Shown here in pieces: positions 24,151 through 36,865 of a stretch of DNA of 64,000 nt; position 1 is the first letter of the stretch; the number at the start of each line of letters is the position of its first letter. Source of the DNA: Vicugna vicugna (taxonomy: Eukaryota); assembly GCA_013265495.1 (NCBI GenBank), contig MU058252.1, forward strand, positions 1,708,244 to 1,772,243, read 5' to 3'. Below the pieces are notes generated by a model. That model worked only from the letters and a program-made list of their open reading frames with translations, was not told where the DNA came from and ran no database searches. The translations under genes and the position numbers were made by a program.

Positions 24151-26084
24151 AGGTACCATCATTTACCAACTCCCTTGCCAACCTCTGGAAAATTCTCATG
24201 GGCTTGGAATAGTATATGTATATGTATATATATATTTTTTTCCCATTTTTTTCCAGGATCAGAACTTGGCAGCTTTTTTGAGATATGTGTGTGACTGCCA
24301 CCTCCCTGTACCCTTTTGATTTTTCAATTTTTCCTGGGTCACTAAATTTGTCTTAAGATGGTAAGTGATACAGAAATGCTCTGACTTTGTCCCTTTATTC
24401 AGAGTTAGAAATTCTTGAACCTGTACTTTAAATCTTAAGATCCCTGTCATTTTACTTATTTATTGGTGATATTCTTCCACCAAACATCTGCCTCACACTT
24501 GCTTTAAATTGCAATGGTCCTGAAAGATTCAGACATCCCCGAGGGTAGAAATTTTTCATCTGGGATGCTAACATCAGCTCAAGATCTTTTGTAAATATTA
24601 GTGCTTTCAAAATAATGAAGTCTTGAATTTTCTCACTTTCATTAAAACCAACCACTGAAACAGAGTTTAATGCCTCCACCTTTGCCCTTCTGTCAGTGAG
24701 CTTAGAGCAGCTCGATAATACTGACTGTGTAATTTATTTGTGGGAGGCGTGTAGAGAACTTTCTGTTCCGACTTTCATGGCCTCCATTAATTTGCCAACT
24801 TGTCACTCTCTCACCTCCCCTGGACAAGTTACTCTGAGATGAAGTAACTTACAGAGGCTACGCATTTATGATAACGCTGGTAGGCTTGTCCCCTGGCAGC
24901 TAGGTGCTTCTTGGCGAATTTTCTTTTTATTGCTGCTCAGAGAACAGTTAGCCCTTCGGGGGATCCACTGGAGAAGTACCCCAGGAATACTGTATAACTT
25001 AATCCACTGAAAACGCTCAATTGCTTCCCTGTGGGGACAATTCACTCCAAAAGACATACTTCAAACCAACACAGTTTACAACATTTCTAAATACATGCGG
25101 TGCAGGTGCGACCACCCAACTCCAACTTCTGAGGCTTTATTTACACTCCTCCTCTCGCCCGGAATGCCCTTGCTTTTTCTTTCTTCTTGTTCAGGATATT
25201 TCCTTACTCTTATTTCAAGGTCTGACGTAAATTCTCCCTCTTCCATTAACCACGGCCTGTTTACGACCCCCTTTACTGAGCTTTTTTACCGGGTGTATTT
25301 ACCCCACTTCGTGTCTGTGCCATCTGCACGAGCACGTAAGGCGTGGCTTACGGGACGGCATCGCTCTAAGCAGCTGGGGGGACGAATGGCTTCCACGTCC
25401 CTTGTTGAACTCGGCGTTGGAGACATGAGGACTCATTTGTGGGCTGCAGACAATTCCAGCAAGAATATTACCTTCCTCTGCCCAAATTCAGGTTTGCTTA
25501 CTTTACATTTTGAACCCAGCCTCTTGACGTGCACTCACCGTGTTGTCTCACGACGCGCGCGGAGCAGGCGCTGACACAGTGCGCGGGGCTGTCAGCGCTT
25601 GTGTTTCCAAGCAGAGGGACACTTCGGCCTGTGCGTTGTCACAGATGCCTTTCCCTGCCTCCCTTTTATCTGTGGTCTTCATTTTAATTTGTTTTTAATT
25701 GCCTATTTAACATACCTAGCGATTAAGGTGAAACGGCTCTTTGACAAATGTGAGAGCTTTTAAATTAGTGCTAGTTGCTTTTGTTAATTAAAAGTAATGC
25801 TTTAGATTGTGTTATTGGTATTCTCTTACATAAAATCGGATTAATGGCTTCCAATCAATCCTGCTACAAAAGGACTTGCCTGTGTAATCGTTGGGACGTC
25901 AGGGCACGCTGCTCCTGCAGAGTGAGAGGGCGTGGCTGGGACTTCAGGGTCAGCTGTGGGTGGGGGGCAGGAGATTTGGTGGCTGGCTCAGCCCACTCCC
26001 ACCAGTTTGGAAGTTCCTTGAAAGTCCTTGGTGAGGGGTGGTCTGGGCTGCTGCATCAGTAGCATTTTAGCAAAAAGGAGGTAC

Positions 26085-26490
26085 ATCCTTAGGTTAGGAT
26101 AATTTCAGGACGACTTAATCTATTGGGGCTAAATAATAAATGGGACTATTTGTAAGGGTCTGGGCTGGGTAACAGGGGTCACAATGGACAGAGCTGTTAC
26201 CACCCTTAGGTCAGAGGGACAAGGGGATGAAAAGGCTACTAGAACCTGGAATAATAGAGTCATTCAGCAAAGGCATTTTAGAAAATCAGTGACCGTGGGT
26301 TGGGGGATGTCTTCAAACTGAAGCAACTTTGGGGGGATGGATCCAGGAACTCGCAACCTGTCCTCATCTGCCGTTTTCCCTCTGAACTCTTGACAGGGCA
26401 CCCCTGTGGCTGAACCCCACTGGACGTCATTGATGAAACTGATATGAGTCAGGCTTTTGGGGCAGAGAGCAGAGTGGAGAGTGGACCTAT
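26085..26490 (-). mobile_element. ERVL solo LTR (LTR33-like)
   Basis: gagctgttaccacccttagg...gtcaggcttttggggcagagagcagagtggagagtggacct. Confidence 0.6.
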
Positions 26491-27065
26491 ATAACCAAAT
26501 AAATATATCCATGCTTGTCCACCCATCTTGCCGTATTTATACCAGACATTCCTAGACCTATAGATGAACCTGCATGGAACAGAGCTGAAGGTCCCCGGGG
26601 GGACCTTCCTGAGGGAGGATCACTCCTGAGTCCACCTGCCAGAGTGTTGCAGGGTCCTTTCCCCTTGGGGACACAGCCTTCCGTCAGCCAGTGTGTTTGG
26701 GACATGGCTCGAGGGGTGCGGGTGAGGGGCCATGATGTTCTCCTGGGCCATTTCTCTCAGCCTCCTCTCAACCACATTTGATTTCTTGTTGTTGTGTAGA
26801 ATGCAGGATTCTGTATGTAGAGGCCCACTGGTATTTCTGCTGGGCGTGTCCTAATCTGGTGACTATTCCCATAGCTCTCAGGGCCAGGTCCCTGGGTACC
26901 ACCCTGACCTCACTGCTCACAGTTACTCACGATTACTGTTCCTCATCCTTATTGCTAACAGGGAGCCTAGTTCTACAAGGGCATCTTTGACAATCAGCCC
27001 TGACCTCTAGAGCCAGACAGTCACACAGCTCCTCAACTGTGCTGGTGCCCTTGTACCAGTTCATC

Positions 27066-27339
27066 GATGATGATGAAGATGGTGATTATCATGATGATGA
27101 TGGTGATGATGATGGTGATGATGATGATGAAGATGGTGATGATGATGATGATGAAGATGATGTTGGTGAAGATGGTGATGATGAAGATGAAGATGGTGAT
27201 GATGAAGATGAAGATGGTGATGATGAAGATGATGACAGTGATGATGATGATGAAGATGATGATGATGATGAAGATGGTGATGGTGAAGATGGTGATGAAG
27301 ATGATGGAGATGATGAAGATGGTGATGATGATGATGATG
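27066..27339. repeat. Cryptic triplet repeat (GAT with GAA/GGT variants), ~91 triplets
   Basis: Direct inspection; triplet phase is unbroken throughout. Confidence 0.95.
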
Positions 27340-27644
27340 CTCCCATGCAGCACAGATGATGTCTGGGGGGTTTTCTAGCCTGCACAGCAGCCCCCTCTTG
27401 CGTGCCCACACCTCTGAGTCTTTCCATCCTTTGTACCCCCATCTACCATGATAGTTCAGGAGCTTGGAGGAAGCAATGGCCCCCACAAAGTCCTGCCTTA
27501 GAAACACTTAGTGTCAGCTGCCGAGGCCCCAGGACATTCAATCTTCTGCCAAGGAAAAGGCTTCCATCTTGGTAAGCTTCATTTCCACTCCACCATCCAG
27601 AACCCTCAGTCCCATGTGTGTTCTCCTCACTCCTGTCAGTACGG

Positions 27645-27850
27645 GTGGCCTTGGCTGATTCTAGAGGGAGCTCTGGTTGGGGGATGAACCTCCAGAGTAA
27701 CCCCAGAATAGGGGGACAAGATGGCCTTGATCTACCCTCATCAGTCAGTCACTGGATGCAGCCTGACCACGCCTCCCCCCCCAGGAGAGGGTCTCGCTTT
27801 GGCCACAAAACTCCCTGCAGTCTTGGGACTGAGAGGAGGAGGGAATCTGG
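27645..27850 (-). mobile_element. ERVL LTR16-like fragment
   Basis: gggagctctgg...ccctcatcagtcagtcactggatgcagcctg. Confidence 0.45.
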
Positions 27851-27997
27851 ACAGGGATTTGCTGCACCCACCTCTCCTGTTTATAGAGATGAGTTGGCAA
27901 ACACAGACCAGAAAACACTTCCATCCGTAATATCAACCACCAGAGAGAAGCACATTTTTTTCTGTTCACTTTGTCTATTATGTCTTGACATGCATAG

Positions 27998-28158
27998 ATT
28001 TTTGTTTAATTGAAGTATAGTCAGTTTACAGTGTGTCAATTTCTGGTGCACAGCATAATGTTTCAGTCATACATATACACACATTTCTTTGTTTTCATTT
28101 TCTTTTTCATTATGGGTTACTACAAGATATGGAACACAGTCCCCTGTGTTATACAGTA
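27998..28158 (-). mobile_element. Short L1 3' end
   Basis: taattgaagtatagtcagtttacagtgtgtcaatttctggtgcacagc...ccctgtgttatacagta. Confidence 0.9.
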
Positions 28159-28399
28159 TACATTTTTAATAAATGAAACCATTCCACACATTTCAGTGAT
28201 GCACCTGCTGTGTGAGCAGCTCTGGGTTGGGGTGGTGGCCCCCCGTCTTCTGGGCTTGTACTCCTGGTGTGGAACCTCTGCTTATGAATGAGCTGCTATG
28301 GGGTCAGTTATAGCCTCAGAATTGTGAGCCTGTGGTACTGGGGTGGACGTTCTGCCCTGCTGGGGGAGCCGGGAGGGGAGCCTCACCCTCTCTGCCATG

Positions 28400-28770
28400 C
28401 CTGCCTGGAATTCTGAAGGCGTGAGAAGTACCAGTCACCTACCCCTCTCACCGTGAAAACTGTGGTTCCAGACTGGGAGCGAGGTGGAGAGAGAGCCCCC
28501 GTCTTCTCAGCTGCACCCGCCCAGGGCAGAGCCCCTGGGGGCGAGTGACACAGGGCTGGGCTGCGAGGGTGGCTCAGACTCCAGACTCTGACCGTTCTTA
28601 CTGAGATTCGATTTTCTTAAATGAATGCTTCTCCATTTGCTCAATGCCTTTTGGACAATTTCCAGAGGCTTTCGATGATTATTTTAAAATATAATTTTCA
28701 CTAGTTAAGCGGTTGTTTTTCTAGGGAGAGTGGGGCTGCTGGACTCCCCAGGCTGCCGTTCCCGAACTCT
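28400..28770 (-). mobile_element. Ancient L1M 5'-end fragment
   Basis: ttggacaatttccagaggc...aattttcactag...ctagggagag resembles reversed L1M4/MC 5' ends. Confidence 0.4.
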
Positions 28771-29599
28771 GCCTCGAAAGGCAATGCTGAACTGCATGGA
28801 ATATAACTTTTATTTTTTTTCCCTCAATTGTCTGCATGGGCTGCAAATCTCCATTTCTGTCCGATGGAAAGGTTTAGCGCACAAGTATCTTTATTTGCAA
28901 CGTGTGACACTGAGTCCCCTGATATTACTTATTAAATATTTGCAAAGCTACGTTTATTGATCCGGAAAAAGAAACTCACTATTACAGCTGCAGTTCTTGC
29001 TCCATGAAAATTTCACCCAATAATTTGTGAACTTTTATTACTGTTGCTCCCGCAATCCTGTTACAGACTTAGCTCCTTATCTTGGTCTTAGAGATAAATT
29101 TATTATTTTGCATTTGTTTCCTGGGGAGAGATTTAGTCTAGCTAGAGTTTTTATGGGGTTTTATGATAAGACAACAACGTTCTGTACTTCCTTAAAATGT
29201 TTAGTTGTGGGTGCATTCTGCTCAAACACTTTGAGGTTTTGATGTTTGCTGGAGAATGTATCTAATTTCCTTTACCCCCATTGTTTACGGTAAACCAGTA
29301 TGCCAAAGAAACCAAAGCAAGCAGCCAAATTGCCTTTTGTGCTCTGCTATGTTCTCGGATCTGTGGTGGAACTGAGTGGAGCAGGGGTGTATTTTTTCCG
29401 CTTTGCCTTTTAAGGTTGAGTTACAAGGGTTAGCGCCCTTCATATATCCGATGTACTACACTGGGTGTGTGTATTTCCCATTGGAGCTGCGAATCACTGA
29501 CACGTGTGGACAATCCATTTAAGTTTACATATTTACTAAGGAAGTGGCCTGTTGGAATGTGTTCATGTGGATCAGAGCTTTTAACCAGATAGAGGTTTA

Positions 29600-30448
29600 T
29601 TTATTTATTTTAACACCTTTATTATGGTATCGTTCCTGTACAGTAAACTACATATATTTCAGATGTACAATTTGTTGAATTTTGATAGATGTAGACACCC
29701 ATGAAACTGCTACCACCATCAAGACAGTTAACATTTCCACCCCTCCCCAGGAGGTGCAACTTTTGAACTCTCAATTTATCCCTTCCCACACTCCCTTTAC
29801 CCACTGGTAACCATAAGTTTGTTCTCTGTGTCTGTGAGTCTGTTTCTGTGCTGTAGACAAGTTCATTTGTGTCCTTTTTTATAGATTCCACATATAAGTG
29901 ATATCATATGGCATTTTTCTTTCTCTTTCTGGCTCACTTCACTTAGAATGACAGTCTTCAGGTCCATCCATGTTGCTGCAAATGGCATTATTTCAATCTT
30001 TTTTTCTTTTTTTATGACTGAGTAGCATTCCATTGTATGCATACACCACATCTTCTTTATCCAGTCATCTGTCAGTGGACATTTGGTTTGTTTCCATGTC
30101 TTGGCTGTTGTAAATAGTGCTGCTATGAATATTGGGGTGTGTGTATCTTTTTGAATTAGAGTTTTTATCTTTTCAGGATATATGCCCAGGAGTGGGATTG
30201 CTGGATCATACAGTAGCTCTATTTTTAGTTTTTTAAAGGAAACTCCATACTGTTTTCCATAATGGCTGCACCAATTTACGTTCCCACCAACAGTGTAGGA
30301 GGGTTCCCTTTTCTCCACACTGCCTCCAGCATTTATCGTTTGTAGGGTTTTTAATGATGGCCGTTCTGACTGGTGTGAGGTGACACCTCACTGTAGTTTT
30401 GATTTGCATTTCTCTAACAATTAGTGATGTTGAGCATCTTTTCATGTG
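29600..30448 (-). mobile_element. Chimeric L1 insertion: young L1 ORF2 C-terminus/3' UTR (29755-30448) joined to an old L1M 3' terminus (29600-29755)
   Basis: Translation [18 protein letters not shown]...[17 protein letters not shown] matches the L1 ORF2p Cys-rich C-terminus; candidate TSD at 29585-29599 and 30449-30463. Confidence 0.8.
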
Positions 30449-33044
30449 CTGGATATAGGTTTAAGTTAATCCTTTAGGCTCATGGAAACTGGCTGGACAC
30501 CCCTCCCTTTCCTCCATCAACCAAAAGCTTACTGAAGACTTACAGTGGGTACAACTCCAAGTGATATCTCAAGTACATAAAGAAATATTAGCTTGACTGT
30601 CCTGCAGGGACCCCTACCTCTCCCAGTCAGGGAAAGCGCTGTGTGTTAAATTACGAAGGAGATGAAAGTTCGTTTTTGTCTTTTTGATTCTCCATTTTCC
30701 CTCTTCTCCTCTGTGCCTCTTTCTTCTCTCAGATATTATCTGCCCTTTTATCTTGCTCTTTCTTTCATGTATTCAAACACTGCTTTAGAAGGGCATTCTC
30801 ACCCCGTGGATCTAGGGTGATGCCTCTGTCTTCTAAAGGAATCCGTGGAGCCGACACTTCTGGTTGTACAGGCTATGTCCTGTGGAAGGGCACCTGGCCA
30901 AGGGGGCAGCGTGGCGGGCGGAATTCAGACCTGACTCATTTTCCAAGTCCCGAGTCCTTGTGGACTGTTCCAGGGGACAAGACGCTCTCTGCAGCTTCTC
31001 TGCCCTAATCCTAAATAGACCGTCTGTGACTAATTCTTCTCATCAAGGTACTGTGTGTGCAAGCTGACATGCTGAACATCTGAATTCTAAGGGAAGGACT
31101 TGTGCTTTATTATAGGGTTTGCAAAGTCAGGAAGAAAACAGACTGCTTTTGGGGGCCAGGGGCCACCCTGTGATTGTGAACTTCTAAGATGAAGCCTGGG
31201 GTCTGCCCTACTTCTGTGTGAAGCAGATCTAACACCCGCTACCCCTACATCCTATACGTTTTGAGAGAATGAGCCTAGCTCTTCTCATATTAATTAAGAT
31301 GTGAGACTGAAAACCCCTAAAGGGTGTTTTGAGTTAAGATTTGAGCTATAGCTGTTCCTGGGAAAGAGAGGATGATGAATAAAAAGAGTTTTTAGAAACC
31401 GTAACTCAGACAGGGGCTTAACGCTAGTGACCTTGGCCAAGACAGAGTCAGGAGGACCTGGGTGTGGGTCATTGGGAAGAGTGAACCCAGGTACGGATGA
31501 TCACCAAGATCAAAACTGGGGACCTGAGTCCAAAATTTAGATGAGAAGGATGCCAGCTCAGGCATCCAGCTGAAACCTGAATCAGACGGACAGTCACGTA
31601 AGCTGTCATCAGACCCCCCCACGACGGCAGCCTAAGCCTTTCACGTTTGAGGCGAGCGTAGAATTAGGGAAAATGAATGAACCAGGAAAGCACATGGCAT
31701 ACCAGGGTCTTCTGTGGAAACTCTGGATGGTGCCTGCCTTTTGACTTAAGGAGAGAAGACAGAGAAAAAGCAAGAGGAACTTACTGAACTCCTACTGAAG
31801 TCGGGAGTGAAGACTGTTGGCAGAATGGAGGGGAAACGTGGCACTGGGGGCATCTCTGGTTGCACGTGTGTGGGCTTGGGTCTCTCCGCAGCTCCAGATG
31901 GGGTTCTTCTGGCCACAAAAATGGTGACTCTGCCCTCAGCACACCCATGGGGAGCAGTTCCTTCTTGGTTTAGCGTTTCTGGGGAGTCCGTGGCCGGACG
32001 GTGTTCCTGTGTCCCAGGTCTAAGAGTTTCTCCCTTTCATCCGTGCGTAGATGGCAGGAAGGAGGTGGAGAGAGAGGGCGGGGGGCGGGGGGAGGGCTAG
32101 TTGATCATACGACTGGTTCTGTCTGAGTTTCCCTAGAGGATTTGTGCATAATCAGCAGCAAAGTGTGGAGAGAGCCAATGCGTTTTATGCCCTTGAAACA
32201 TTTAGTAGGATTTTTTTTGTCTCTTATTTCTATAAATTTTGAAATAGTTAAATGATGCTTACTTGGCCCCCATTTTGTTGGAAAGAGCAGACCAAATACG
32301 CAAATTGAACCAAATATCCTCAAAAAATCTATGTGCTTCGAAGTTCAAATAGTGATTTATTAACGGGTGGGTGTTGCAAAGTCACGTGGCTGCATTCAGC
32401 AGGAACAGCAGCTCACAGGGCCACTGATAATCAGATTACTACGCCTGGAGCTGGAGAACTGTTTCCTCACTGTTTCTCCTTAAGAGATGTGCTTCCTCTT
32501 CATTATAATAATTAAAACAGTTAACAATGACTCCAAGAATTTTGTCTTGCAAATTTTGTTTACAAACCAGATTTTTGAGTAAGTATTTTTACTTTTACAA
32601 GAGGGAATAGAAGTTGATATTGCCATGAGCTCCAACAGTGCACTGAAATGTGTTTAATTCCACTTAAACCCAGTGGCACAATGACACGCCTGCTGCCTAC
32701 AGCATGGCATTGACGCTGAGATGCTCCCACGGGCAGAACTGCCCTCGGTGCTTCCCCTTGCGGGGTGTTTTGTTGGGTGGATGCACATTAGGGTGTGTCT
32801 GAGGGTTGACTGGCACGTGATTTCAGCAATTGCCATCCCCCCCCCTGCCAATGATGCAAGAAGGCTTCATGGAGGAAGTAGAATTTCCAGAGTTCTTAGG
32901 ACAAGAAAAAGCTCCACAAGATACAGGGAAAGGCTGCCTGCCAGGCCTGGTCCTAGGAGCACGACGCCTGCGTTACTGGGGCTTCTCAAGCTTGGCTTTT
33001 TGGCAGTTTCACCTGCAGAACTTACCAAAAAGCAGATGCCTGTA

Positions 33045-33745
33045 AACCCACATACACTGTTGGTAGAAATGTAATTAGATGCAGCCACTGTGGAAAACAG
33101 TATGGAGGGTCCTTACAAAACTAAAAAGAGAGTTACCATAGCATCCAGCAGTCCCAGTCCTGGGCATGTATCTGGAGAAAACTCCAATTTGAAAAGACAC
33201 AAGCACCCCAGTGTTCACAGCAGCACTATTTACAACAGCCAGGACAACCTAAATGTCCATCGACAGACGAATGGTTAAAGACGTGGTGTCCGTACATAAT
33301 GAAGTATTACTCAGCCATAAAAAGAATGAAATCATGACTTTTGCAGCAACATGGATGGACCTGGGATGATCCTATTGAGTGAAGTAAGTCAGACAGAGAA
33401 AGACAAATATTACATGATATCATTTATATGTGGAATCTAAAAAATGACACAAATGAACTTACAAAACAGAGACAGGCTCAGACACGTAGGAAACAAACTT
33501 ACGGTCCCCAGGGGCAGGGGGCAGGGATAAGCTGGGAGCTTGGGGCCAGAGTTTACTCACCACTATATACAGAACGGATAAACAACAAGGTCCTACTGCA
33601 CGGCACAGGGAGCTATATCCACTAGCTTATAGTAACTTATAGTGGAAAAGAATATATATATATATAATTGAATCACTATGCTGTACAACAGAAATGAACA
33701 CAGCATTGTAAGTCAACTAGATGCAATAAAAAAAAGGAATACACT
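33045..33745 (+). mobile_element. 5'-truncated L1 (ORF2 end, 3' UTR, polyA)
   Basis: gcagccactgtggaaaacagtatggag...gcaataaaaaaaa; TSD caaaaagc(a)gatgcctgta at 33026-33044 and 33746-33763. Confidence 0.92.
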
Positions 33746-36477
33746 CAAAAAGCGATGCCTGTAGCTGCCTCTGATGCGTCTACCAAGTGTGTCTGTGGCA
33801 GGTTTGGGCATCTGCTGATACACAGTATGTTTGCCCATAAACCTCTCGTGTTCTGTTACAACGATTTTCAAAGCGCCACGTCCTGGACACTTTTATTATG
33901 AAAATGGGTGCGTTGCTGATGAGCTGTCCTCAGTGGGCTGCCTCCTTTCCCTGTAAATTACAGTGGACAGTAACGCTTGGGGTGACAGACCAGCGACAAA
34001 ACGGAAATGACTAATTCTGTTCAACAGCTCAGCGTACCAATTTCACAGTAGGCTTTAAATATATTTAAACACTTTTATGAGTTAACAGACTTTGTCGTGG
34101 CGGCTGAAACTTAGGTAGCTATGGCTTTGTTCAGTAACTGTTATTGGCAGGATTCCTGTCGGATGATAGCCCCAGAGAACTCCCATGTGCTGGCTCAGCC
34201 TGTGCTTCAAGGTCTTCAGGCCCCAGGAACAGTGGCCTGAAAGGACGAGCAGCCTCGGGAAAATGTAATTAAGGCGAGAGTTTTGAATTACAGTCATTGA
34301 TTTTGGAGACTTGGCTCTTCTCCAAGTAAAAATCAGTTTTAAATATTTTTGAAAAAGGATTATGAAGGATTTGCATTTGTTTAATGTGAACTAAAATTCT
34401 GCAGGTGGCCTGAAATGTCACCATTACAGATTTAATCCTTTAATTTAAACTACGGTCTCTGGTGTGTTTGTCACAGTGAAAATGCTATTTGGTGTCAGTC
34501 TGATCACATTTTAGGGGCACTGGGGGGGGAGTGAAAAGGCTGCTGCAGTTGAAACAGTTATTAACTTTGTGTCCTCGGCCAAGGCATCTGACTCTCTGAG
34601 CTCCTGTGTGGAGTTGAGAACTAAGTGGGATGTAAAAGCATCTAATTCTTCTCCTCTGCTGTACCCCCATCTCTCCCAGCCCTCTCCAAAAGCAAATCCA
34701 CTAGCAGACATCAGGAGTGGAAGTCTACTCAAGAATGTGGGCACCTGGTTTTTCTCGAGAGCGGCCCTTGGTGGGAGGGGAGGCTGGACTGGTACTTAGG
34801 AGTAAGCGTGGCTGACCGTGTGAAGAGCTCCTTTTCCCCTCTGGGATATTCCCATGTTCTTTCCTTTCCCGCCTCCTTTTTTCGGATCTCAGGGCTGGAC
34901 CCATCACTGTGACGTTCCTGCAGCACCCACATCACTCTTAGAGAAGTGGGAACAGTGCCGGTTTTCCGTCTTCCACCCAAACTGGCTGCCATCTTTGTTA
35001 GTTTCATTCTCATCCAGCCGGATGTCTGGGGGACTCTCAGCTGTCTTTGTTGGGTTTATCACCCTTATGCTTCGTAATGAGTCTTTAGGGTAAAAACTCC
35101 CCCTGTTGGTGGAGAATGAAAGGACTGAAGCAGAAATGACGGTGGCATGAACTGGGGAGAGTGAGAAGTCTGGCCTCATTAACCGTCTACACTTGGAGAA
35201 GGTAGGGCTGGATTCTAGGGGCCTTGAAAGCCAAGATGAGTGGTTTGAATTTGATGGCAAAGGGAAAACGGGGCCAAGTGTCCTCTGCGATGAGGGTCAC
35301 CAGCACCTCCCAGGTTGACGCCCGTGGAGGGGAGGAGAGCGGGACCGGCTGGAGCACGCTGACGCCATCAGTCTCAGCAGTGGCCTCAGCCGTCGGCCCC
35401 CGGAGCACGGGGGCTGGCGCCCTTCCAGGTGGTCCCGTGGTGCCTGGGTGTCTTCCTCCCATACTGGCCGATCACTAGGAATGGCTCCCTCCACCCCTAG
35501 TAATGTGACCCGGGATGCGGGAGCTCTCTTCATTTGCAGATTTGTGGCAGCCAAGAGATGCTGGTCGTCTGGGGGCAAATCCTTCAGCCCTGAAGGAGAA
35601 TCTGGTGCACATCTTGGGGTCCATTATGGGAAGTCAGTGCCGTTTCTTAGGGGATCTACCGTTGGTGGCAGAATGATTATTTGGAAGTGGTTAGGTCCCT
35701 TTGGCAGAATGACCGAGGGAGTCCTTCAAGGTTTAAGACAAGAAGCTACCCCAAAGGCTGTAGGTTTACCGTAGCGCTCTCTGGAGGAGCCAGTGGCATA
35801 AATACAAATCATTACTTACCTCGTGGCACTGCTCCCAATGCAGATCGCACTTGACTGGCGCTGCAGCAATGTTCAAACACGCCGCCTTGCTTGGCACCCC
35901 AGGGACCGCCGCTGGTGGTGTGCGGTGTCTCATTACCATTCTGCTGGCTGTCAGCATTTTTGTGATGCAATTAGAGGCATGTAATTCCCAGAACAAATGA
36001 GCCATTTCGAATATTGTGAGATGGGTAACTCAATGTAATAGGAGCCCGTAGAACAATTGAGTTTCGAGAAACAAATACGCAAGGGGTTCGGCTGAGCAAC
36101 CTGACAGATGGGGGACCTGACAGCCCCCTTGCCTCCTGACTCCACCACCGAGAGGAAGCGACACCTGAGCAAAGCGACCGTAGCAAAGCCTCACGCCCAC
36201 GGCCCCACGGCTGCCTTGTTACAGCTGCCCTGGCTTATTAAGCTGCAGGCTCTCGATCCCCCCGGGGCCTGTGGACAGTGCAAGCCACATGGGCGAGGAC
36301 TGCAAATATAAGCTTTACGATGAGCAGCGCGCATTGCGATCATGAAGCTATTCTGTCTCCCCGTTTTCCTATTATGGTGATTCAGCCAGAAGTGAACGCT
36401 GTTCACCATCTTTCAAGAAAACCCACGTGGCTCTGGATCTTGGATTTCTGTATCTCAACTGAACTCATCAAACTGCT

Positions 36478-36865
36478 TTCTTTTCTTTTTTTTTTAAATA
36501 TATATTGAAGTCTAGTCAGTTTACAGTGTTGTGTCAATTTCTGGTGGACAGCATACTAGTTCAGTCACACGTATACAGACTTATATTTCTGTTCATACTC
36601 TTTTTCGTTATAGGTTAGTACAAGGTATTGAATAGAGTTCCCTGTGCAACACATAAGAAACTTGCTGTTTATCTATTTTATATATATTAGTTAGTATCTG
36701 TAAATCTTCAGCTCCCAATTTATCCCTTCCCACCCCCCTCCCCCCTGGTAACCGTAAGTTTGTTTCCGTGTCTGTGAGTCTGGTTCTGTTTTGTATATAA
36801 GTTCGTTTGTCTTTTTTTAGATTCCACATGTAAATGACACCACGTGGTATCTTTCTTTCTCTTTT
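36478..36865 (-). mobile_element. L1 3' UTR fragment
   Basis: Poly-T then attgaagtctagtcagtttacagtg...ttagattccacatg. Confidence 0.9.

Noticed and set aside
27033..27507. Poly-His, poly-Asp/Glu, poly-Met, poly-Ser and poly-Ile ORFs
   Set aside because: All are translations of one triplet repeat; no exon context or domain.
29863..30445. Protein-coding gene from L1-like ORFs (also 33090-33625, 49329-49541, 60906-61331, 63484-63987)
   Set aside because: Short, frameshifted remnants of L1 ORF2/3' UTR; no intact EN or RT domain.
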